Shown: positions 1 to 12,889, counted from the first letter of the stretch. The stretch is DNA of 64,000 nucleotides from Chiloscyllium plagiosum (GCF_004010195.1 NC_057754.1:9237215-9301214), one strand, 5' to 3'. Numbers and translations are program-made. The notes: a model not told the origin generated them from the letters alone.

Positions 1-515
1 ATTATGTTCGACATGGACTAGTTGGACCGAAAAGTCTGTTTCCATACTGTATGACTCTATATAATAAAGATCCTGGGGATGAAGGGCTTGTCGAATGTGG
101 AATAGTTGAAGACTCTGAATCTGTACTGGAGTTTAGAAGATTGAGGGGTATCTCATTCAAACTGACAGTAAACTGAGGGGCTTAGATAGAGTGGATGTGG
201 AGAAGATGTTCCCTCTAATAGGAGCTACTAGAACCCAAGGGCACAACCTTGAAGTGAAGGGACAATCCTTTGCAACTGGCATGAGAAGGAATTTCTTCAG
301 CTAGAGGGTGATGAACCTCTGGAACTCATTGCTGTGGAGGCCAAGTCATTGAGTATATTTAAGACAGAGATAAATAGATTTATTATCAGTAAGGGTATGA
401 AGAGTTACAGGGAGAAGGCAGGAGAATGAGGTTGAAAAACATATCAGCCACAGTCAACAGAAGGAAGTCTTCATAGCCAGAATGGCCTAATTCTATTCTA
501 GTGTCTTAAGGTCTC
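1..515 (+). mobile_element. CR1-type LINE 3' fragments (two 3' ends)
   Basis: Tail 'ggaccgaaaagtctgtttccatactgtatgactctat' at 25-60. Degenerate RT C-terminus and 3'UTR at 69-515 match other CR1 copies in the window (e.g. reverse of 2790-3360). Confidence 0.75.
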
Positions 516-839
516 TCGGTCACTTTATTCCAGAAAATGTGTGACTGTAGCAGTTCAGAGAAGGCTGAGTTGTCTGATCAGGACAGGGAGGACAGGTTGT
601 ATTGATTGGAGTTTAGAAGAGTAAGAGGGAACTCAAATTGTAAAATATTTGTGCATTCAAAAGAGATAATACCAAAGTTGAAATATGAAACAAAAAACAC
701 TACAAAAACTCAGCATATCTGAAGAAAAGCAGCTGAGATTTCTAGTTTAAAGCTTTCAAATTGTGTTGTTCTGAAATAGGAAATTAACCTTTCACACCAC
801 ACCTCACTCCACATAGTTCCAGGAGTACTCCCGCTTCTC

Positions 840-1335
840 ATTCACTGTGATTGCTTGGAGGACCAGAAGCTTCCAGGCGGTCCGCCGACTCCGCCCCTTC
901 TTCCTATTGGTCCCGACCTACCATCAATTACTGAGGCTGGCCGGCCCTTTGATTTGGAGCATGCGCAAAGCCGACGTTGCAGCTTGGCTCGGCCGGCACC
1001 AGCTGGGCGGAATAAAACTAGCGAAATGGATGAGGTGAGGTGGAGCGGCTTCATAGATACCCCGCGCAGGCCGGAAATCATGAATAGGACGGTATCGGTG
1101 CGACATTCGAACTAGCGTGCTCCGGCTTTTTCCGTTCGAAGGCCGGACGCCCCCATGTTTCAACGAACAGCGGAACGTTGGCGCTCAAGGAAGCCCCGCC
1201 CGCTGCGCGAGTCAAGCCAAACCGTTGCACTTCGTTCTGATTGGTTGGTTCAGTGTGTTCCGGTGCCGCCCGCCTCGTCTATTGGTCTATACTGCCGTCA
1301 ATCACGCCTATTTGTGAACATGCGCAGTGATGGGG
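840..1335 (+). promoter_or_regulatory. CpG-island promoter with two tandem copies of a ZNF-cluster cis-module
   Basis: CpG-rich against a CpG-poor background. Reverse CCAAT boxes (ATTGG) at about 906, 1240, 1281; NRF1-like CATGCGCA at 960 and 1319; ETS-like CCGGAAA at 1071. Motif order is shared with 59511-59626 and 47340-47455. Confidence 0.75.
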
Positions 1336-1356
1336 AGGCTTTCTGTAGGGATGATG

Positions 1357-1497
1357 AGATTAGATTACAGTGCGGAAACAGGCCCTTCGGCCCAACAAGT
1401 CCACACCGACCCGCCGAAGCGAAGCCCACCCATACCCCTACATTTACCCCTTACCTAACACTACGGGCAATTTTAGTATGGCCAATTCACCTGACCC
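1357..1497 (-). mobile_element. HE1-like V-SINE, 3' part
   Basis: gattagattac tail followed by 'ggaaacaggcccttcggcccaacaagtccacaccgacccgccgaagcg', near-identical to 54154-54310. Confidence 0.85.
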
Positions 1498-1519
1498 AGG
1501 CAAAACTTGAACATCCATT

Positions 1520-1750
1520 TCAAATTTCCCAGAGGTTAAAGAGTCAGTTACGTTTCTTTGGGTCTGAAATCATGTGTCGGCCAGACCAAGTAAATAATGC
1601 CTTCCCTAAAGGGGAAGCTGATGGATTTTTCAGACAATCGACAATTGTCACACGCTCTTAATTCTAACCTTTATATTGAATTCAAATTGCACTGCTTGCC
1701 ATGGTAGGATTTGAACTCAGTACCCAGAATATCACCTGGGTCTCTGGGTT
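1520..1750 (-). mobile_element. tRNA-derived Deu/SacSINE-like SINE, degenerate
   Basis: Similar to 42330-42670 (ggccagacca...ttcc.taaagg...ttgccatgg.aggatt.gaac). Confidence 0.55.
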
Positions 1751-1774
1751 CATACTCAGAAGGTCTGGTAGCAT

Positions 1775-2550
1775 CTGCAGATTAAGCAGCGTTTCGCTTG
1801 TACCTCTTTCAATTTGGTCTATTGCATTCGTTGCTCCCAACGTGGTCTCCTCTATATCGGAGAGACAAAACGCCGACTGGGTGATCGCTTTGCTGAGCAC
1901 CTCCGGTCTGTACGCAATCAGGTCCCGGACCTTCCCGTGGCTTGCTACTTCAACACACAATCCTGCTCCCATGCCCACATGTCTGTCCTTTGGCCTGCTG
2001 CAATGTTCCAGTGAAGCTCAACGCAAACTGGAGGAACAGTATCTCGTCTTCCGACTAGGCACGTTACAGCCGGCCGGTCTCAACATTCAATTCAACAACT
2101 TCAGATGATTATCCCATCTCGACCCCTCTGTTTTCATTCTGCTCCGTAATTTTATTTTTATATATATATATTTCTTTCACTGTTCTGTACCTCTTATTTC
2201 TTGATGGTCTCTACCCTTCTCCCCTGTTTTCCATTTTGCCACTGCTTCACCCATCCCCACATATTTTGTCACATAACACTGGCTTCAGCCTTGGTCATTC
2301 ACCGCTCCTAATCTCCCTATAATCTCTCTATGCACTGTCATTATCACCTTTGCTTCTGGATCCATGACTCACCTTCTCTCAGCCTAGTATAAATTTCTCC
2401 TTTTTTTTAGCTTTGACAAAGGATCAGTTAGACTCGAAACGTCAGCTCTTTTCTCTCCTTACAGATGCTGCAAGACTTGCTGAGATTTTCCAGCATTTTC
2501 TCTTTTTTGGTTTCAGATTCCAGCATCCACAGTAATTTGCTTTTATATTA
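1775..2550 (+). mobile_element. Penelope-like element: GIY-YIG endonuclease C-terminus plus pseudo-LTR
   Basis: ORF 1814-2014 'VYCIRCSQRGLLYIGETKRRLGDRFAEH' is a GIY-YIG signature. 'EEQYLVFRLGTLQPAGLNIQF' is a typical Penelope ORF end. Decayed hammerhead-like core near 2412-2445. Confidence 0.85.
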
Positions 2551-2789
2551 GAGAGTTAACGCTTCGGGTCCACAGACCTTTCTTCACAAATTATCGTAGC
2601 CAGGAAAAGATTGGAGGATAAAAAGCAAAGAACTGTGGATGCTATATAACACAGATGCTGCCAGATCAGCTGAGTTTTTTCCAGTAGTTTTCTGACTTTT
2701 GTTTCTGATTTCCAGCATCTGCATTTCTTTGTTACTTTTCTCTCTGGATTAATAGATGGCAATAATATCTCTCGGCCACCACCTCCCAC

Positions 2790-3360
2790 TGTTAGAGCAT
2801 AAGGCATTGGAGCAGAAATTCGGCCATTCAGCCATTGAGTCTGCTCTGCCATTCAATCATGGCTGCTAAGTTTCCTCAGCCCCATTCTCCTGCTTTCTCC
2901 CCATAACCCTTGATCCCCTTGATACTTAAGAATCTATCCATCTCAGTCTTAAATATACTCAATGGCTTGGCCTCCACAACCTTCTGTGGCGATGAATTCC
3001 ATAGATTCACCACTCACTGGCTAAAGAAATTTCTCGTGGTCTCCGTTCGAAAAGGTCTTCCCTTTACTCTAAGGCTATGCCCTTGGGCCCTAGTCTCTTC
3101 TCCCAGTGGAAACATCTCAGCATCTACTCTGTCCAGACCATTCACTATTCTGTATGATTCAATTAAATACCTCCTCATCCTTTTGAATTCCGTCAAGTAT
3201 AGACTCAGAGTCCTCAAACGTTCCTCATATGTTAAGCTTTTCATTCCTGGGACTATTCTTGGGAATCTCCTCTGAACATGCTTCAAGGCCAGTACATCCT
3301 TCCTGAAATATGGGGCCCAAAACTGCGCACAATTCTCCAAATGTGGTCTGACCAAAAGTG
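2790..3360 (-). mobile_element. CR1-type LINE 3' fragment
   Basis: ORF 3014-3457 contains 'LVRPHLENCAQFWAPYFRKDVLALKHVQRRFPRIVPGMKSLTYEERL', the CR1 RT C-terminus. Confidence 0.9.
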
Positions 3361-3825
3361 TTGTTGCCTCTCCAGCATGTGGAGGATGCAATGGAGCTGA
3401 TAGCTGGCCCAGGTGGTATTGGGAGCACTGTGAAGCCAGACCCTGATCCAGAGCCATCAGCTCATGGTCTTATAGTTATTTTTCTCTCTCTCTCTCTCTA
3501 AGAGGTACAGTGGAACAGCAGTCACCCTGGAGCAGCAAATAGAAGATGGTTCACATGAGTGGCGGGTTTGGAGGCGAATAATATTTGCCCTCTAGTTTTT
3601 GACCCCCCCCCCCACTTCAGGGAAAAGACCATGTCTATTTACACCATCTATGCCCCTCATGATTTTATAAATCTCTATATAAGGTCACCCCTCACCCTCC
3701 GAAGCTCAAAAGAAGATTGAACGTAGCCACTTCATTGAAGTTAAGTCGATCCTTGGATTTGTGTTTTACTTGTTTTAGAAACCACCCAGTCCTATCTGAT
3801 TTATATATTTGGTAAATAGGCATAA

Positions 3826-4142
3826 GATTAGATTACTTACAGTGTGAAAACAGACCTTCGGCCCATCAAGTCCACACCGACCCGCCGAAGCGCAACACAC
3901 CCAGACCCATTCCCCTACATTTTACCCCTTCATCTAACACCACGGGCAATTTAGCGTGGCCAATTCACCTAACCTGCACATTTTTGGATTGTGGGAGGAA
4001 ACCAGAGCACCCGGAGGAAACTCATGCAGACACTGGGAGAATGTGCAAACTACACACAGTCAGTCGCCTGAGGTGGGAACTGAACCTGGGTTTCTGGCAC
4101 TGTGAGGCAGCAGTGCTAACCACTGTGCCACCATGCTGCCCA
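3826..4142 (-). mobile_element. HE1-like V-SINE, full length
   Basis: tRNA-like head (rev 'gggcagcatggtggcacagtggttagcactgctgcctcacag'), V-domain 'tgtgt.gtttgcacattctccc', and (AATCT)n tail. Confidence 0.9.
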
Positions 4143-4659
4143 CTAATCAGCTAATTGCTGATTACATTGGAGAGTGGAGTCGGGAGAATTATAACGGTTC
4201 TGATTTGCATTGTGGGTGAATTGATGTTCAAAACACATCAACATTCTTACTGCACCCACGAAGATCAGCTCGGGGGGGGGGAGGTTCTGTACATTTTCTC
4301 TGAACATTAGAAAACTAACAATTATGATTAAGAAATTAAATAGGAGGATCTCGAGCAGTAAGCTCAGGAGTGCTCTCAGTGCTTAATGAATATAAGAACA
4401 GGAAGATCGAACAATTGCACTCGTGGCAATGGACAGGTGTAGGAGGGAGAGCATCAGGTTTCTGAGCAGTTGTGAGGCAGTGAGACCTGGACAACCTGGA
4501 TAGGTTACACCTCAATGGGACTGGAATGGATATCTTGCTAACAAAACTGATAAAGGAGAGTTGTTGTATGTAATATATTTACTTTTTCAGAAGGCTTTTG
4601 ATTGTCCTTAAAGGAGGCTAGTTAGAAAAATTAAGATGGAATTATAAGTAATCCTGGTG

Positions 4660-4970
4660 AAGCAGGCCATTCGGCCCGTTGAGTCCGCACCAACTCTCTG
4701 AAGAGCGTCCAGCCCATCCCCACAATTCTGCATTTCCCATGGCTAGTCCACCTAACCTACACATCTCTGGACATTTTGGGCAATTTATCATGGCCAATCC
4801 ACCTAACCTGCACATCTTTGGATTGTGCGAGGAAACTGGAGCACCAGGATGAAACCCACGCAGGCACAGGGAGAACATAAAAAAATCTATACAGACCGTC
4901 ACTCAAGGGTGATATTGAACCTCGGCACTGTGAGGCAGCAGTGATAACCAGTGAGCCACTGTGCTGCCTT
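4660..4970 (-). mobile_element. HE1-like V-SINE, diverged
   Basis: Head and V-domain homologous to 3826-4142. Confidence 0.8.
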
Positions 4971-4974
4971 GTAC

Positions 4975-6300
4975 TGGCATGCATTAAGGATTGGCCAACA
5001 GATAGAAAACAGAGATTAGAAATAAATCCATCAACCTCCCATTGGCCAGTTGTGATTGGTGGAGTATTGCAAACATCAGTACTTAGGGTCTGATCACTAA
5101 TCAGTGATGAATGATCACTAAATATATATATCAGTGATTTGGTGTTGGGGACCAAGTGTCATGTTTCCAAATTTGCAAATATTATAAAAGGCAAATGTGT
5201 AGTGGCTTCAGGAGCTTTTTGACAGGAACTTAGCAGATGGAACATAATGTGAAATGTGAGGTCATCCACTTTGCTAGGAGGAACAAATGCCGGGTATGAT
5301 TTAAAAAGAAAGGCTGGATAGACTGGGACTTTTTATTCGAGCACAGAAAGCTGAGAGATGATCTTAAAGAGGTTTAGAAAATCATGAGGGGTATGGATAA
5401 GGTTAAAGGTAGGTGTACCTTCCCTAGGAGGGGAGATTTCAATACTAAGGTTATATTTTTAAGGTGAGAGGAGAGATATTTAGAAAAGACGAGGGGCAAA
5501 TATTTTTACCTGGGGTGGTTTATTTATGGAATGAACCACCTGAGGAAGTAGTGGATGTGGGCACAGTTACAATGCTTAAAAGACATTTGGTTAAGTACAT
5601 GAATAGGAAATGTTTGGAGGGATGTAGGCCAGGGGCAGAGAGGTGGGACTAGTTTAGTTTGGGATCATGTTCTGCATGGACTGGTTGAAGGTTGTTTCCA
5701 TGCTGTGATTCTGTGTGGAGTATTCTACAAGGTCTTTAGTGTCCCAGTTAGTAAATAATTAAGACTAATATGTAAGTGTAGCAGGCTATTAAGAAGGCTC
5801 ATAGAATGGTAGCCTTTATTGCATGAGGATTTGAGTACAGGAGCAGTATCACATGTACAGAAACTTTTTTAAACCACACCTGGAATACTGTGTGCAGTTT
5901 TGTTCTCATTATCTCGGGAAACTTAAAATTCCTTTCTTGTTCTCCGGCTGGCAGAGCTGTCGTGTGAAGCAAGATTAAGCAAACTGGACGTGTATTGAGA
6001 GGTGATCTCATTGAAACTTAGAAAATATTTTAATGAGCCTGAAACCAATTTAAAAATAAGGGAGGGAGTGGTGTTACTTGTGTGAGATAAGGAGAATTTT
6101 TTTTCACTCTGCCAGTTGAGAACCTTTGCAATTGAGTACAACAGAGGGCTGTGGAGGCTCAGTCTTTGAGTATGTTTAAGATAGATTTCTGATTATCAGT
6201 GTCATACAGGATTATGAGGAGGGGATGTGTAAAAGGCATCAAAGTGTTTGATCAGCTGAGATAGTCTTGGAATAACAGGGCACTCTCAATGGGTCTAATA
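4975..6300 (+). mobile_element. Degenerate CR1 LINE fragments
   Basis: ORF 5464-5652 'VVYLWNEPPEEVVDVGTVTMLKRHLVKYMNRK' is a CR1 ORF2 end; further RT pieces flank it. Confidence 0.75.
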
Positions 6301-6390
6301 CGTCTTTCTGGGACTTGCATGGAGGTTTCTTTGATACTGCTCCTGTGGAGCATCTTGGGATGTTTTTGAAGGTGCTATATAAATACATGT

Positions 6391-6530
6391 TGTTATTCCT
6401 GCTGTTAATTATATCCAGGACTGAACAATCTTCCTTTTGATGGTTTGTATTTATTGCTGCTGACGTTAGTTATCTCAACTGGGTTGAAACTTAAAATTCC
6501 AATTTAAGTCATAAATCAGTTATAATTCTG
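6391..6530 (+). pseudogene. Orphan ZNF 3'-UTR relic (no finger exon in front)
   Basis: 'ctgctgttaattatatccaggactgaac...tgctgacgttagt' matches the post-stop sequence of the ZNF at 11798 (rev 'ttgttaatcacatctaggactgaa...tgctgatgttaata'). Confidence 0.55.
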
Positions 6531-8424
6531 TCAGTCTTTTAGTTTCACTTTGATAAGGGGAGACTAATTGATGTTATAATACTGAATATTCACTTTTCAT
6601 TTCCTCCTCTCTTCAGTTATAAGTCCCAGCTCTCCATGCCTAGACTGCCTTTCCTTGCTCATGGAAGTGTACAAATGTTGAAAAGTTTGGTCTGGTCCCA
6701 CAGGATTTAATCTGTTTAAAACCACAAACAGAAAGATTGAGTTTTCTCCAGGAGTTTGACACAAATAAGGTTTCCAAATTTGATTTGATTTATTGTTGTC
6801 ACGAGTACCAAAGTACAGTGAAAAGTGTTGTCTTCCACGATTTACAGGCAGATAATACCGAACAAGTGCATCAGGGTAACAAAACAGAGTGCAAGATACT
6901 ATGTTACAGCTGCCGAAAAGTGCAGAGAGTGCAGAGTTTCATTTATCAAGGGAGAGTAGGACCAGGCCTAGACCAACTCTCTTTAGAATCAACAGCATCC
7001 TTACAGTGTGGAACAGGCCACTCACCCATTGAGTCCACACCAACCTTCTGAAGAACATCCTACCCAAACCCACTCCCACCCTACGCCTTTAACCGTTACA
7101 TTTTCCCTTGGCTAATCCACCTGACATACATACACATCCCTGGACATTATAGGCAATTTAGCATGGCCAATCTATCTAACCACATCTTTGGAATGGATGG
7201 AGGGTCAGCTATTTCAGCCTTTGTCCTTCAGAACGGCCCCATTCCCCTATTATTCCAGATCTACTATAAATCTCACAGACATGGGGAGCTGGAGCATCAC
7301 AGAGTCACAGAAGTGTTAGGGTTTGGAAGGCGGCCTTTCAGCTCATTACACCAATACAGACTTGTAAAATGAGCATCCTTACCTAATACCAATCTTCTGC
7401 TTTTTCGCATGCCCTTACACATTATTTTTATCCAAAAAATCATCCCATACTCTCTTGAATGCCTCAATCAAACTTTCCTCCATCACACCTCTGGGCAGTG
7501 CCTTTCTACTGCTCACTGAATGAAAAAGTTTTTCTTACTTCATTCTTGATTCGTCTGCATTTTGTCCAATGCAGTCACGATTTTTCCTGCAGTGTGGCAC
7601 CCAGAACTGTACACAATACTCCAGCTGAGTGTCTAATGCAAGTTCAGCATCATCTGTTTGCTCCTGATACGCACTGTAGGTGCTACTGCTGAACTGAGGT
7701 TGTGCCAATTCTGCAGTATAAATTACAAACTCATTGTGAGTTTACGACCAGGTACAAGGGTAGGCTTAACGGGAAATAAAGTGATGTGTCTGGAATTGGG
7801 ACAGGAAGTGAACAGATCAGAATAGCCCATCAGTTGTATTCACAGGCATTCACTAGAGTGAGAGGCAACCTTATTGAAACAGAAGGGACTTGAGGTTGTT
7901 TTAGAGGACTAGAGGGCAGAATCTCAGAATAAGGGATTGTCCATTTAAGTCAAATGGGGAAGAATATTTTTCTCTGCTGTTAGTGAATCTGTGGAATTCT
8001 TTACAACAGAGGACTGTAGAGGCTGGGTCATTAAGTATAATAAAGGCTGAGATAGACAGATTTTTAATCAGGAAGCAAATCAAGGGTTATGGGGAGAAGA
8101 CAAGAAAGTGGAGTTAAAGATTGTCAGATCAGCTATGATCTCATTGAACAGCAGAGGAGATATGATGGACCAAATGGCCTAATTCTGCTCCTACATCAGG
8201 AAGAATGTCAGGTGACAGGGCAAAGTTTCACAAGACCAGATATGGGATCCCCAGCTACTTTTATGTGTACAGTGTGCCTTTCACAAAGGAGAACTTGGTT
8301 TCAACTTCCACCCTTGGATCTTGTATGTCTCAATTTTTTTCTAAATATCAATAGCTAAAGGCCCAGCCTCTCTAACATCTCCTCAGATGACAATGTTCTT
8401 TCCCTGTTGCACATATGTATAAAT

Positions 8425-8745
8425 AGATTCCCTACAGTGTGAAAACAGGCCATTCAACGCATCAAGTTCACACTGACGCTCCAAAAAGCATCCCAACCAG
8501 ACCCACACCCTGTCCTATCCTTGAAACCTTCCTTTTCCCATGGGAAATCTACCTAGCTTGCCATCCATGGGCAATTCAGCATAGCCAATCCACCTAACCT
8601 GTCCATCTTTGGACAGTGGGAGGAAATTGGAGCACCTGGTGAAAACCCATGCAGACACAGAGAGAATGTGCAAACTCCATACAGACAATCCAACCCAGGT
8701 TCCTGGCACTGTGAGGCAGCAGAGCTAACCACTGAGCCACCCAAG
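8425..8745 (-). mobile_element. HE1-like V-SINE
   Basis: V-domain and tRNA-like head in reverse; ORFs 8515-8709 and 8553-8765 are SINE read-throughs. Confidence 0.85.
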
Positions 8746-9056
8746 TACCAGTCATATGTTTCCACAGTTCTCCTTTGTGTGGCTGTCCTTGTCTCTCACC
8801 AACTTAGATGATATGTTGAAGCCCAGTCAACACACGGGAGAAACAAACAATTCTATTTTGACATACACAGGCCGATCATATCGAGTGACCCTGATCAATA
8901 TTGAGTTTATTGTCCATAAATTATATGCTTCTAATAAGCTTTAAAAGGATTGATGTAAAATTACACTGAATATTTAGCACAGGGAACATTTATCTGTGTT
9001 GGAATTCTACAGTAAATGGTAGGATTCTGGGAATTATGCTCGAAAAGGGATATAAA

Positions 9057-9715
9057 GTCATAGAGATGTACAGCATGGAAACAGACTGTTTGGTTCAACC
9101 CGTCCATGCCGACCAGATAGCCCAACCCAATCTAGTCCCACCTGTCAGCACCCGAGCCATATCCTTCCAAACCCCCCTTCTTCATATACCCATCGAGATG
9201 CCTTTTAAATGTTGTAATCGTACTTGCCTTCACCTCTTCCTCTGGCAGCTCATTCCATACACGCACCACCCTCTGCGTGAAAAAGTTCCCCCTCTGGTCT
9301 TTTTTATATCTTTCCCCTCTCATCCTAAACCTATGCCCTCTAGTTCTGAACTCCCCCCACCCCAGGGAAGAAACCTTATCTATTTATCCTATCCATGCCC
9401 CTCATGATTTTATAAACCTCTATAAGGTTACTCCTCAGCCTCCAGGGAAAACAGCCTCAGCCTACCCAACCTCTCCCTTTAGCTCAAATCCTCCAACCAT
9501 GGCAACATCATTGTAAATCTTTTCTGAACCCTTTCAAGTTTCACAACATCTTTCCGATAGGAAGGAGACCAGAATTGCATACAACATTCCAAAAGTGGCC
9601 TAACCAATGTCCTGTACTGCCACAACATGACCTCCCAACTCCTGCACTCAATACTCTGACCAATAAAGGAAAGCATACCAAATGCCTTCTTCACTATCCT
9701 ATCTCCCTGCAACTA
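9057..9715 (-). mobile_element. CR1 LINE 3' fragment
   Basis: 'YRTLVRPLLECCMQFWSPSYRKDVVKLERVQKRFT' and 'FFTQRVVRVWNELPEE'. Confidence 0.9.
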
Positions 9716-9896
9716 TCTTGGAGTTTATGTTAATTGATCTCTGAACATACCACAACTGGAGAGTAACAATTAAGAAAAAACACAGGTTTTTTTTACCTAT
9801 TTAGCCAGATGAGGAATGTAAGAACAGGAAGGTTGTATTTTAACTGTATGCATCACCAGTTAGGCCACAGTTAGAGCACTGATTACCATACAGGAA

Positions 9897-10320
9897 GGAT
9901 TTGATTTATTACTGTCACGTGTACAGAGAAAAGAGAAAATCTACAAGTAGATCATACTGTGCATCAGGGTAACAGAACCTAGCGCAGAATACAATGTTAC
10001 AGCTGCCAAGAAGGTGCAGAGAGAGATTAACATTAAAGAAGTCCATTCAAAAGTCTGTTAACAACAGGATTATCCAAATTTTTGTATCTTCTACCTAACA
10101 GAAGTGGGTGGAAGAGAGTATAACAAGGATCAGAGAGGTCTTTGATCATGTTGGTTGCTTTCCTGAAGCAGTGGAAACTATAGATGAAGTTAATGGATGG
10201 GAGGCTAGTTTGTGTGATGGACTGGGCTATGTTCCCAACTCCCTGTAGTTTCTTGCGGTCTTAGGAAGAGCAGTTGCCATGCCAAGCTGCGATGCATCCG
10301 GATAGGATGCTTTCTGTGGT
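9897..10320 (-). mobile_element. Rex1/Babar-like LINE 3' fragment (related piece at about 6778-6930)
   Basis: Reverse-complement homology to 16095-16915, including the (AAATC)n-type tail. Confidence 0.65.
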
Positions 10321-11675
10321 ATAATGTGACCGCACCTTAGGTGGTGTGCCTGAAAGATTTTAATAGTGAGGAACGATTGGACAGTTGGCGATGTTTTCTT
10401 TGGAATAGATTAGGCTGAGGGGAGAACTCAGGGAAATGTATGAAATGACGCATTTTGGACAGAGTGGATAGGAAGGAGCCCCTCTCTTTGGCAGAGGGCC
10501 TGTTACAAGGGCCACATATTTAGGGGAAGAAGTGATACCTTTAGAAAGAATATTGTTTTCACTCAGGCTAGTGGGGCTCTGAAACTCAGTGTCTGAAAGA
10601 AAGCCTCATCATATTTTAAAATGGATTTCGATGCACTCTTGAAAATGTCAGAGGCCACAGGGCTATGAAACAAGAGCTAGGAAGTGGGATTAGGATGGCG
10701 GGGGGGGGGGGGGGGGGGGGGGAACGAATTTCGGGCACTCCACACTTGTTGGTGTTCTGGAGTCCTGGTGACTAGGAGCAAAAATGATTCTTTTATATTC
10801 TCCTTCTCTGTATGGGAGCTTGAGCACTGCATACTCAGACAGACGGTCAGAAAATGGATTTCAGGGAAATAAGTAGTTGAGTTAGTGTGATGGGTTTTGA
10901 TTTTGGCACAAGGAGAAGTGAGAATGTGTGGATGGGGATTTAGAGCGTTGGGAGTAGTTAAGGAGGTGTTTAGTGCTCAGACTATTGATTTACAGGAGTT
11001 GGGACATTGAGGCCACGGCCACTTTTGTGGTTTGTACAATTGCTGTACAATTCCCTCTATAGCAAGGATATTATTAAATTGGAGAGGTATAGAAAAGATT
11101 TACTAGGATGTTACCGAGAATGGAGGGTTTGAGTTATATGGATAGACTGGGATTTTTCTTTCTAACTGGAATATAGGAGGCTGAGGGGTGATCGTATAAA
11201 GGTGTATAAAATAATGAGGGGCAGAGATAAGGTGAATTGAAAAGGTCATTTGTTCATCCGCATTTTCCGTCAAATTGGTTGTGGTGCTGCTACCCCTATC
11301 CTCTATAAATTGCTGTTTCTTGTAAACTGCTGTTTTTTATTCACTGGTGGTTTGTATTTTGTATAGTTTCATAAAATTTTTCAAAAGTAATTTCCTGAGG
11401 GGAAAAACTAGTGAGGAACTAGTTTATTCGCATATTTTTAACATGAGAAGAGAGTAGTTCATAGGTGGAATGAATGGCAGAGGAAGTGGTAGATGCAGGT
11501 ACAGTTGCAATATTTAATAGATACTTAACAAAATACATGAATAGGAAAGGTTTGAGGAATATGGGCCAAACACAGGCAAGTGGGACTAGTTTAGTTTGGG
11601 AAACTTGGTCAGCGTGGACGAGTTGGACCAAAGGGTCTGTTTCCGTGTTGTTACAGTTTTTAACACAAGGCTGAT

Positions 11676-11730
11676 TTTATTTTGACTTTTAATCTTTTTA
11701 TTCATCAGTATTACTGCAATGGAGTTTATT
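11676..11730 (-). terminator. Polyadenylation signals of ZNF-A
   Basis: Three AATAAA on the minus strand (plus-strand tttatt at 11676, 11697, 11725), 70-120 nt after the stop codon. Confidence 0.55.
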
Positions 11731-11797
11731 AACATCAGCAAAAACAGACCACAGTGAACATAATTCAGTCCTAGATGTGATTAACAATGAAATCCAA

Positions 11798-12889
11798 TCA
11801 CTGTGGATACTTATGAACTCGTTGGTGTTTCTGCAGGTGGGATGACTGGGTGAATGTTTTCCCACACTCAGAGCAGGTAAACGGCCTCTCCCCAGTGTGA
11901 ATTCTCTGATGTACAGTGAGTTGACATGATCGTCTGAACCTAGCGCTGCAGTGAGTGCACCTGAACGGTCTCTCATTGGTGTGAACACGTTGATGGCATC
12001 TTAGTTCCCAGGAACTTTTATAACACTTCCTGCAGGCTGGGCATTTATAAAGTTTCTCATCAGTATGAACCCGCTGGTGTGTCAACAGGGTAGATGACTG
12101 GCTGAATCCCTTCCCACACTCGGAGCAGGTGAACGGTCTCTCACCAGTGTGAATGCGCTGGTGTACAGCAAGGTCAGATGAACGCAAGAATCCAGCCATA
12201 CAGTGGGAGCACCTGAACGGTCTCTCGTCAGTGTGAACACGTTGATGGGACATCAGTTCCCAGGAACTTTTAAAGCACTTCCCACAGTCTGCGCATTTAA
12301 AAGGTCTCTCATCAGTGTGAACACGTTGATGGTACATCAGTTCCCCAGAACTTTTGTAGTACTTCCCACAGTCCAGACATTTAAAAGGTCTCTTGTCGGT
12401 GTGAACTCGCTGGTGTCGCAGAAGAGTGGATGAATGAGTGAATCCCTTCCCACACTTGGAGCAGGTGAACGGCCTCTCCCCAGTGTGAACCCGCTGGTGT
12501 TTCAGTAGGTTTGATGAATCAATGAATCCCTTCCCACACTTGGAGCAGGCAAACGGCATCTCCCCGGTGTGAACACGCTGATGTGTCAGCAGATTTGATG
12601 GCCGAGTGAATCCCTTCCCACAATCCAAGCATATGAACGGCTTCTCCCCAGTGTGAGTGCGCCGATGTGTTTCCAGCTCAGACGGGTAACCGAATCCCTT
12701 CCCACAGTCCCTACATTTCCATGGTTTCTCTCCAGTGTGACTGCGCTTGTGTCTTGACAGGCCAGCTGATTGGCTAAAGCTTCGTCCACACACACATGAG
12801 TACAGTTTCTCCCCACTCCGAACAGTGCTTTTTCCCTCCATATTCGAAGACTGATGAGATTCAAATTGTGATAAATCAGGTGACTTCAT
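11798..12889 (-). CDS. C2H2 zinc-finger protein (ZNF-A), 12 tandem fingers, no KRAB/SCAN
   Basis: Uninterrupted 363-aa ORF with TGE[KR]P linkers. An in-frame TGA lies three codons upstream of the ATG, so the CDS is confined to this exon. Splice acceptor 'ttttgttttaaaacag|' with exon start 12931. A second possible start is MEGKSTV. Confidence 0.93.
   Translation of the reverse strand: MKSPDLSQFESHQSSNMEGKSTVRSGEKLYSCVCGRSFSQSAGLSRHKRSHTGEKPWKCRDCGKGFGYPSELETHRRTHTGEKPFICLDCGKGFTRPSNLLTHQRVHTGEMPFACSKCGKGFIDSSNLLKHQRVHTGERPFTCSKCGKGFTHSSTLLRHQRVHTDKRPFKCLDCGKYYKSSGELMYHQRVHTDERPFKCADCGKCFKSSWELMSHQRVHTDERPFRCSHCMAGFLRSSDLAVHQRIHTGERPFTCSECGKGFSQSSTLLTHQRVHTDEKLYKCPACRKCYKSSWELRCHQRVHTNERPFRCTHCSARFRRSCQLTVHQRIHTGERPFTCSECGKTFTQSSHLQKHQRVHKYPQ

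Noticed and set aside
842-1661. Overlapping short ORFs in the CpG island (also 46829-47666 and 59716-60037)
   Set aside because: GC-rich promoter DNA is stop-poor. The peptide similarity between 842-1081 and 47064-47453 reflects the shared cis-module, not a protein.
10700-10722. 23-nt poly-G run
   Set aside because: Simple homopolymer at a LINE end; may be slippage or a sequencing artefact, with no supporting context.
12203-12433. Antisense and alternate-frame ORFs over ZNF arrays (also 42724-44238 and 63132-63642)
   Set aside because: Shadow ORFs of the 84-bp finger periodicity.
11798-12800. 84-bp periodic repeats as a CRISPR-like or satellite array
   Set aside because: The period equals one C2H2 finger (28 codons); eukaryotic context with no cas genes.
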